In this document: positions 55,373 through 64,000 of the stretch, one piece after another
Layout of the letters: each line of letters begins with the position of its first letter
How positions within the stretch are numbered: position 1 is the first letter of the stretch
Assembly: GCA_024137785.1 (NCBI GenBank)
Contig: JAHRHZ010000016.1
Location: 44,260,351 to 44,324,350 of the forward strand
Length of the DNA stretch: 64,000 nucleotides
Reading direction: 5' to 3'
Source: Ginglymostoma cirratum
Lineage: Eukaryota
The notes under the pieces: generated by a model
Database searches by the model: none
Told to the model about the DNA's origin: nothing
Seen by the model: the letters and a program-made list of their open reading frames with translations, nothing else
Made by a program: the position numbers and the translations under genes

Positions 55373-56549
55373 ATAGTTCTTCTAATGGAATCTGAACCTG
55401 AAAATACAGAACTCACTTCCACCTGTACCTAAGGTTATAGGCTCAGGCTCAATTTGGAGGTACAAAGTCTGCAGTTGTAAGACAGCATTATACACAAGGA
55501 AATATGGAAGCTTGGGGGAAGACAAAAAGTGAGCAAGTTCTACACTTTCTTACAACCACAAAAAGTTAATCTTGAAAAGTTAACTGGTCCCTTCCGGGAT
55601 TACTACTTTCTGGAGCTACATGGAAGGTCCTTAAGAAAGTAACTCATGTTTCAGCTGGCACATATTCTTTGAAAGACCTTACACCTTCATAATGGCCTGG
55701 ATTGTACATGTCCCCCTCTTGGTACCTAGCCGACCACCTTCCCACCCGAGAGCTCACTTCTCCAATATAGTGGAAGGGAAGCCATGGAAAAAAAAAAAAT
55801 AAAATAAATCAATCAGTATCTTGCTTGCGGTATTTAAGTAAGAGTTTGGTAACAAGCCAGTCAACTACTGCACACATCATAGTGCAACTGAAGTGACCAA
55901 TTAGGCCTCTCCCCATGGTGACCAAAGCCTCCACTGCCTGAAAGGGACTTTCTTCACTCCAGGATACGTGTCCTTTTCTTTAGGCAGGTTGTGACACCAG
56001 CAGCATCCACTACAGAGCTCTTGGTACCAGAGCTGCTAGAACTGCCAACTAATTAAATTCGACAGACACTCAAAGGCAGGACTTGCTCCCACTGAGGGGC
56101 AAAAGTCAGTCTCCACCCTTTCCCCACCCCAGTGTTACAGCTGAGAGAGTCAGCTGCCTGCAGGGCCATCCTCGACGAAACACTCACACTAGAGCCCCAT
56201 TTCACAGTCATTTGCTGTCCTATCTGCTAGCTCTCCCTGTGCAAGAGCCAAAACAGGTGAGTGACAACACAGGATGGGCTGAAACTTCCAGGAGATGTTA
56301 CAGCCTGGCCTCAGCCAACAACCACACTCACACATCAAAAACTTTCTATCAGCAAGTATCGGGTAATATTCAAAAACTTGACTCTTCTTCCCCAAATCAT
56401 GACTATGGAGGCCCATTGTGAACGCTGGGAGTTATCTACTTAATTCACAAAGGCCTTGCATCAAATCCTAGCCTCAGCATAAATAAAGAAATTTCTGCAT
56501 CTTGCAAGACATCTACTTAGGAAATACAGTAGAGAGGCTGAAACTTTAC

Positions 56550-56724
56550 TCTTGTCGCCTGCTCCTGGGAAGATTGAACGCAGTCTGGCTTTCTTGTTCT
56601 TTTCCTCAGGAACCAATGGAAGTGGCTTTGAGCCGTGGTTAAGGGAAGATGAATCACGATTATTACTGTTCATTCTCAAGGGAGGAGCTGGTGGTTTCTC
56701 TTCAGCATCAATACTATCGGACAT
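56550..56724 (-). CDS. PAK3: PAK3 first coding exon (N-terminal PxxP SH3-binding region); exon extends 5' to acceptor at 56746
   Basis: Encodes [58 protein letters not shown], close to the PAK3 N-terminus. Acceptor ccatttctag| at 56746, donor A|GTAAAG at 56549. 175 coding nt, phase 1. Confidence 0.95.
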
Positions 56725-56736
56725 CTTCAGCAGCCG

Positions 56737-56742
56737 TCACAT
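56737..56742 (-). promoter_or_regulatory. Start-stop minimal uORF (ATG TGA) in the PAK3 5' UTR
   Basis: Minus strand reads ag|ACAC ATG TGA CGGCTGCTGAAG ATG TCC; in frame with the main ATG and starting 18 nt upstream of it. Confidence 0.5.
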
Positions 56743-57361
56743 GTGTCTAGAAATGGTGAAGAAAGCTACATTAATGTTTTCATAATTTAAAGTGCTGATG
56801 CTCATCTATGAAAGGATTTGGATGTTCAATGAGGATCTATCATGATCAAAGCATGACAAATTTTGAAGAAAAGAAACAAACACTCTTTATGACATTTATC
56901 AGCCGACAAACTCATTACCATTTTCAGTCCCCTTTTACCCCATTCTGTAGGGGCCTCTCATAGTACCAACTCAGATTTACAACCCACAGATAGGCTGATC
57001 AGAGTGTGTGCTTGAAAGCACAAAAGAAGATCCAAAAGCAAGAAAGAAAACCAAGTTGAAATGTAGCTGCATTGACTTTATAACTTAAAATTTGCCCAGT
57101 GCCCCACTACATTCTGGAAGAACTGATCATTCTTTGTGGTGAAAAGTGAATGCGGCAATGCAAAATTCTAGAGCGAAACCATTTGTGTACTTGGAGTATG
57201 GTAATTAATTTCATTAAATGCCATATCACTGACTAAGCCAAAAGTGATCAAGAACTATAAACTATACCAATCCATTGAAAATACGTTTGATTTTTCCTTA
57301 AATCGCTGTAGATAAAAAATATTGAATAAATTGATAACAAACATTTCTGCACCTTGGTGTT

Positions 57362-57592
57362 TGTAACAATTGTGAGGAGGTCAGCCAGGTGGACCTCAGA
57401 ATACTAGTTTCCTGATTGGACCAGATTTATAGCCCCAATCAGGGAACCCTGGCTGACAGACATAAACAGGGAGTATCAGAGATTCTGTTGACTCAGCTGG
57501 CTCCGAGGGAGCTCGATCAGTGACAAGGACTCTCCATGTGTTAACAAAGGGTGACTTGGTGATGGGATACTAGCCTCTGAGGAGTTAGTTCA
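57362..57592 (+). mobile_element. Probable solo LTR
   Basis: TGT...CA termini, internal inverted repeat cctgattgg/ccaatcagg, homologous to 17096-17321. Confidence 0.55.
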
Positions 57593-60500
57593 GTGCCTTT
57601 TCAGATACAACTGCACAAGGCAAGGACCACTGCATTCTCATATAATTTACCTGGGACTGAACAGACTAAAGAAAGGAGACAATGTTTCAATATAATCTTT
57701 TGTTGGTGGGGGGGGTTGGAAAAGGGAATACGGTTTTGATCAATTATGTACTTCCATCATGTATGGATCAGAATTACATTGTAAGCTACAGACAGAAACA
57801 AACTTACTTCTACAGGAAAACGTAATGGCTTTGGGATTCACTCTTTCCTTCGGGTTAAGCCATTAGAAATAATATATATTGTCATGGGCTTTATCGAAAT
57901 AAATTCCAAGTAAATGTGAATAATCAAGGAAAATTTTAATAGTCCCAGGGAAAATACTGTTAGCCAAATGTTACTTAACCTTCAAATAAAAATATGGACA
58001 TAATGCTACAGATTAAATATACAAATACATATTAGATGGGAATTCAGCCTGTATGTTTTGGAAATCTCAAGATTATGTTCGCCATGACTATGGAACATTT
58101 CATCTGCAATCACCCTTCAATGTGTCCGCTTTGCAGAACACTGAATTATTTGCGAGAGTTGCCAGAATGGAAATATTTTAAAAACAACAATTAATGTTCT
58201 CATCACTTCCTTCAGATACAACCCTTCCTGCGCACAAAGCTGTCCTTATAAAAATGCTTATTCCTTCAAAATTGTAACCAGGGAATTCCTTCTGCAAAAA
58301 TATTACCAATCTGCCTTAAATAATGATATCCACCCAAACACGGGAACTAACATTTTTTTTTTGTTTCTGCTCAATGGAAAGGAAAACGGTCACAAAATTT
58401 TCATTTTTTGAAGACTTGACCTCAGGATATTAACATTCCCCCCACCCTTTGGGAGTTCTTGTCAGTTTTAGTTTGTAAAATGTACATGCTGCATCTCAGC
58501 AATGTTGTGGAAGATAATCGTAGGCAAGGGTTATTCTGGGCTAAGACGAAGCTCCACCCACAGCAGTACTGTTCCACGCACATCTTGCTTTGGTAAAAAC
58601 GAAAGTCGTGGCTGACAACAATTTGATCAATTGCATGTTAATAAATCTCAAATTCAGCCAAAGCAGCTGTAACTGTCTCACTGCTTCCAACTACAGACAT
58701 AACTCAATGCATTCTTTACATTTTTCATTCAAGTTTCATTTTTCACTGTCTGTGAAGATGTGGTGCATGGTCAGAAATGTAAAACATGCTGCATAACTAC
58801 GTCACTGGCACACAACAGGACTTAAGAATCAAGTGCACTAAGCAGGAACTGCTACCAAAATGTAATTAGAACAGTTCTAAACCTAAAAAAAGGTTTAAAG
58901 TCATTTGCCACTTACTTGTTTTATCCATTTCAAGGAGATAGTGACAATATTGGCGGCTATGCTCAGTCACTGGCAGCTTCTCATCACTTACTATTCCACA
59001 GCCAAGATGATCAGTTGATCTCTTAAGAAGTTGGGTTAATAACATTCTGATAAGATCAGTAGTGAGTCAATATAGCAATTCCATCAGACACTTTTCTTTC
59101 CTACTTATGGAAATGGTGTGCCTTGCTTCCACATGCCACCTTAACCAAGGCCAAAAGATTAATCAAACATGAAGACTGCATCACATTCCTGTAGAATCAG
59201 AAACAGTGATGCAGATATTTCCTTCCTCTCCAAAATAAAAAGACTTGTTAATATTATACCAAATATAGTGATCGCTTAGAAATGGACTCATGTTTGGGCA
59301 GTTGTGCCTGAAACAGACTCTTGTCATAGTATTATTTTTAAAATCAGTTCCAATTAAGTGCACAATCTAGTAAAATAGTGTTTGCTAATATTAGAATAAT
59401 GAAAATTAAAGCACCCCTATTACAGATATTTTTGCAGTCTAAATGCCTTTATCATCTACAGCTAGAAACAAAGCAGGGCTCTTTAGAGTAAAATTTGACC
59501 ATTGAAGTCTGGAGAATAAATTTTACCCAGTCTGATGTTGGGTGAAAGAATATTCAGCATCAAAGTGAGAACTCTCCTACTACCAGTGTACATCTGGTAG
59601 GAATCTGTTCCATGAAAGAGTAGTAAAGGATCGGTAATCTTCAAAACGATCAGTTTGGAGTTGAAGTGTGCATGGAAACAGTTAAGATTATTTTGCAGAC
59701 TGACAACTGAAATAATTTTCAGTAAATATTTTCCCAATTAAATTTCTTCTCCTTGTCTTTTAGGTTTGAGTATTGGAACCAGTTAAAAGAAGCTGCAGGT
59801 TGAACATCTTTCTCCACAATCCCCTCAACCAATGTTGAACACAAACTGGTTCTGAGGGGGATTCATTGTAAGCTTTTCTCGCAACTCCCATTAACAAATT
59901 TTTAGACACCCATCACAGGCCAGTACAACAGAATTCACCAATTCAGGAATTCTAGAATTACATGGTGCATTCTAATTCTCAGTAATTTGTGAACCCGTAA
60001 TAGAACAGTGTGCTGCATCATCAGCTCCATCGAATGCCCACTTTAAGCATCAACTACCTTCTCCAGACACATACTTCCTATTTTGTGACAGAGTTTGCAT
60101 CACTTTAGGAGAAAAATGTCTTATGGATAATATTCATTGATAGAGGTTCTTTGATTTGAGGCCCATGTAATCTATGCAGTAGCTTTGATTGCCAAGTGGG
60201 GGTCAGAGATTCACTTTTTATTATTTCATTATGATAACATGATTGTTACACATCTAACATCTATGATAAGGTGGGCTGAAGCTAGACAGCAGGTAAACAA
60301 ATTTCAAACGTGGCAGCAACCTAAGCAGAGTTAATCTCTGATCCGATTCCTGTGCTGCTTAAGTTGGCAGCACATTGCTTTATATAGGTCTGAAAAAGGT
60401 TAGTCCAGAGATATACCATAAGCCTAAGTCATTATGATGGTGTCATATGAATAGGTGGGCTGAACAGCTTAAGATCGTAAAAGGAGTGAGACTTCATATC

Positions 60501-61112
60501 TCCTCCTCAAAGTCTCCAGGTATTTTTTCATTAACATATTCAGAGATGTTATTACATACCTCTAGATCAGGTGGGACACTGCCACAACAGCCCTCAAAGT
60601 CTGTCTAGTCATACAATGGCATCTGTAACTAATGGCTAATGTGCAATAAAATATATTTTTTGTTAGCTACAAGAGGTTCTTCTAGTTAGACCAGGAAAAC
60701 AGTTCCCCGCTTGCACAATGGGCCAAGGTGCAGCTTCCTATAATGAAAGGGTGCCTATTATGGCAGTGACCTACATCACAGAGCGTTTTGCTGCTCATAC
60801 AGCATAGTGACCTGGCCTTTCTGTAAAAGCCCAGGAACCCAACCACTAGCAAATGTCAGAAGGAAAAGGGAAAGACTGGCATTGGAACCCAATGCTACAG
60901 AGCCTGCTCTGAAAATGGCATGCAGCATCAATTGGAGCGTTTGACAATTTTACAGGATAGACATAACAGGTAAATATAAATCAAAAATAGATGAAAATGG
61001 AGGCAGTAAGCTTAAGGAAAAAAAAAAAAAAAAAATGTATGGATGCTATTATACCAATAGTGACATAAAGACACTCCAATGCGCTGTCCTTAAAACAATT
61101 AGATTCTCCTTT

Positions 61113-61352
61113 GTAACAAGCATGGGGCTGGATGAACACAGCAGGTCAAGCAGCATCATAGGAGCAGGAAAACTTGACGTTTCGGGCCTAAACCCTTCAT
61201 CAGAAAATGTTCAGAAAATCATTTTCTGATGAAGGGTTTAGGCCCGAAACGTCAAGTTTTCCTGCTCCTACGATGCTGCTTGACCTGCTGTGTTCATCCA
61301 GCCCCATGCTTGTTATCTCGGATTCTCCAGCATCTGCAGTACCTTTTATCTC
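61113..61352. mobile_element. Young inverted pair of PLE termini with 12-bp TSD; hammerhead-like cores on both strands (61173-61206 minus, 61223-61256 plus)
   Basis: Arms 61114-61209 and 61220-61315 are reverse complements with one mismatch. 10-bp spacer, tail to 61352, TSD AGATTCTCCTTT at 61101-61112 and 61353-61364. Confidence 0.88.
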
Positions 61353-63529
61353 AGATTCTCCTTTTTGTTTGCTGTGAAAAGCAAATCTCTCAACTCTGCC
61401 TTTTTCCTTTTTGCTGAGAAAGATCTCCAAGGATGCCCATGCACCATTTACTCTCAGCATGTATCTGGTTGAATTAGTTAATTAGATCAAATGATTAGGA
61501 TGCAGCAGAAAAATGAACAAACTGGGCAAGACTGCAACGTCTGATACATAGCTAGATTTATAGAATAGGAAATGGGGTGTTTCAAATCATGTCTGTCCTG
61601 TCAGAAATGGAAGGCCACTTTCAGAGATCATCAATAAACTTAGAGCAACACACAAGTCATGCATGTGCGATTTACAGCACTTCGCAATATGGAGCAGATG
61701 GTACTCTGAAAATATAATGAGCAAGCAGAAACCAATGCCATATTAATGGGAAGGCACAGGCAGGTGAATCACCAATCATGGTCTGATCAGGGACAGCACA
61801 TTGGTGATACTATGGCAATACTTGCCAGGTGTACAATTCTCCCAGAATTGCTAACAGTTGGTTTTGCCAAATGTTGTGGTTGGGCTTTTCTTTATAGTAA
61901 AGAGATTCACGAGATATGTTCAGTGAAAAGAACAAATTCAGTTGCATTTCTAAACTCAATTCACTTTGTCGAAACTAACCATTGTCACCAAGTACACAAC
62001 CATGGGTGAAGGTGATAAGGTTAAGTAACACCGGGTCCTGATGATAGGATTAGAACCACATTGCTCACTCACCCAGGTTCTGCTGACTGGGTACAGTTAA
62101 AATATCCCTTCTCCTCCCACTACTAAGATATTCTGCTGTGAATGGATATTATTATCCCTTTTACAATCTCCCATACTCAGTCTGCTATCCATCTGCCTTC
62201 CTAAAACAACAGAACATCCAGGTCCTGATGTTTGCATACAATGCAGGTGTGCGGAGTCAGGGGGTATGCTGGATCAATTCAGGCACTTCTCCCTGCATTG
62301 CAGGATCTTCATTTTAGAACACAGGGGTTTTTGCTCAACAGTTTGCAGCAATACTGCTTCCTTCATTGCTACCGTGTGCATCTTCTGCCAAATACTGAAC
62401 AAAGACAATTTTGTCAATTGTAACAAATTCTTTTGTGTTTGTTTCTAATTCAGCCCAAAATTTTGTTTTCACCACACATACTTGCACAAGTGAGGCTACA
62501 GTGACATTAACCATTATGATCCCATTAAGGGACAACCTGTTGTGTTGGAGGTATAGTTGGAAGCTTTCCTACAGGTTGGAAGAATTTTCTGCATTTGTAG
62601 CACCTATCGTTGTGAACAGTGATTCAAAACTTATGCACAATTGATCGAAATAGGCTATGTAATTGATTAGAATTATCCTGTTTAAATTCTGTCAAGGTTA
62701 GAGCACGAGGGGCAATTCCCGTGCCAATCGAGTGAGCATAACTGGCTAACCAGTGAGTTTCAGTAAATGAATACCCTTTTGAATATCCTTGAGCACTTTG
62801 TTTTGTGCAAGGAACATGAACAAATAGCAACATGCTAAGTGTACAGAGCTGTTATGCAGAAGTAAAAGACATGTCAATATAATGCTGCTAAAAGCCTTTT
62901 TAAACCTGGCACAAAATTAGTTCACAGGATTTTTGAACTGTACAAAGGGTGATGGTAAAAGGATCAAAAAGCAAATGAAAGTATGAATGAAGTCTATGGG
63001 TAAGCGGCTGTATGGCACAGTTCCCAAACTATACAAATCAACAGACTAGAGCCTAGTTATCTGAGGGGTATTGTCCCCTTGTGGAACAAGAGGGCTTACT
63101 CCACTCAGGATGGCAGTGTACTAAGCTTGACACAAGGTGGCGTGTGGGTTCAACACAGCCAAGTATTGTCAGGACTTTGGGGTGGGTGGGGAAGGAAGGA
63201 AGGAGAATGTCGTATTCTTTAAAAAGAATCTGACTAGGTAGACATCATGTTCCACAGTGGATGACTGGAAATTCCATGCTCCAATGCATTGCCTGTGTAA
63301 TGGCTTCAAATTTGCCCCTTAAAACGCGATAGTTACACATATAGAGGCAAGATGGCTAGTCTAGGTTGAACATACTGAATCTCCTAGTGTTCCAAATATT
63401 GAAGGATAAGAACAAAGCTAATCATTTGCTAACAAAAGATCAACTTCAGGGTGAGTAAATGGTAGCTACACATGACCTCTTAACACTGGGTAAGGCATCG
63501 CCATTGAGGAAATAAATCATGTTGCACTC

Positions 63530-64000
63530 TTGAACAGAGATTGAATTTTTTCCATGTTGAAAAAAGGATCTGGACAAAAAGGAACCAGGGCATTGTTAAG
63601 TTTACAGGTGACACAAAGATAGGTGGAGTGGAATACAGTATTGAGGCGTGGGTGGGTTGTAGAAGAACTCAGGCAGGAAGGAAAGTGGGTGAAGACGTGG
63701 CAGATGGCAAAATTGTGAGGCTACATAGTTTCCTTGGAAGAATTGATAATATTTTAAGTGAGAAAGGCTTCAGAAATTTGAAGCAAAAAAGAGACTTTGA
63801 ATCCTAGTTCAAGATTCTCTTAAGGTTAAGATGATGGTTCAGTTGACAGGTGGGAAGGCAAATGCAGTGTTAATATTCATTTTGAGATGACTAGAAATCA
63901 AGAGCAGAGATGTACTCCTGAGGCTTTAAGAGGCTCTGGTCAGACCACATTTAGAATACTGTGAGCAGTTTTGAACCCTGTATCTAAGGAAGGATGTGCT
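63530..64000 (+). mobile_element. Decayed CR1-type LINE RT fragment, continues past window end
   Basis: KFTGDTKIGG (decayed FADDTK motif) and ctggtcagaccacatttagaatactgtgagcag (LVRPHLEYC). Confidence 0.75.

Noticed and set aside
56747-64000. PAK3 promoter or upstream non-coding exons
   Set aside because: No CpG island or convincing exon visible; the acceptor at 56746 implies an upstream exon that cannot be located from sequence alone.

Overview
Vertebrate genomic DNA, most likely a cartilaginous fish (inferred from HE1-like V-SINEs, CR1/HER1-like LINE tails and Penelope-like repeats). The window holds the 5' two-thirds of a group I p21-activated kinase gene on the minus strand, best matching PAK3. 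Ten coding exons with GT-AG boundaries and consistent phases run from the ATG at 56724 to 1327 (1128 nt, 376 codons); the rest of the kinase domain lies left of the window. Introns are rich in CR1-type LINE fragments, tRNA-derived SINEs, probable solo LTRs and many Penelope-like element (PLE) termini. These termini carry a minimal hammerhead-ribozyme-like core (CTGATGA-A-stem-GAAACGTC), are often arranged as inverted pairs, and are flanked by 10-14 bp target-site duplications (TSDs). The most unusual structure is the insertion at 22224-22594: two inverted PLE termini enclose a 128-bp inverted copy (127/128 identical) of intronic sequence from about 700 bp away, bracketed by A9 and T9 linkers. 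Most ORFs in the supplied track are spurious or repeat-derived. Repeat boundaries were read by eye and are approximate; family names come from recalled consensus features, not database searches.
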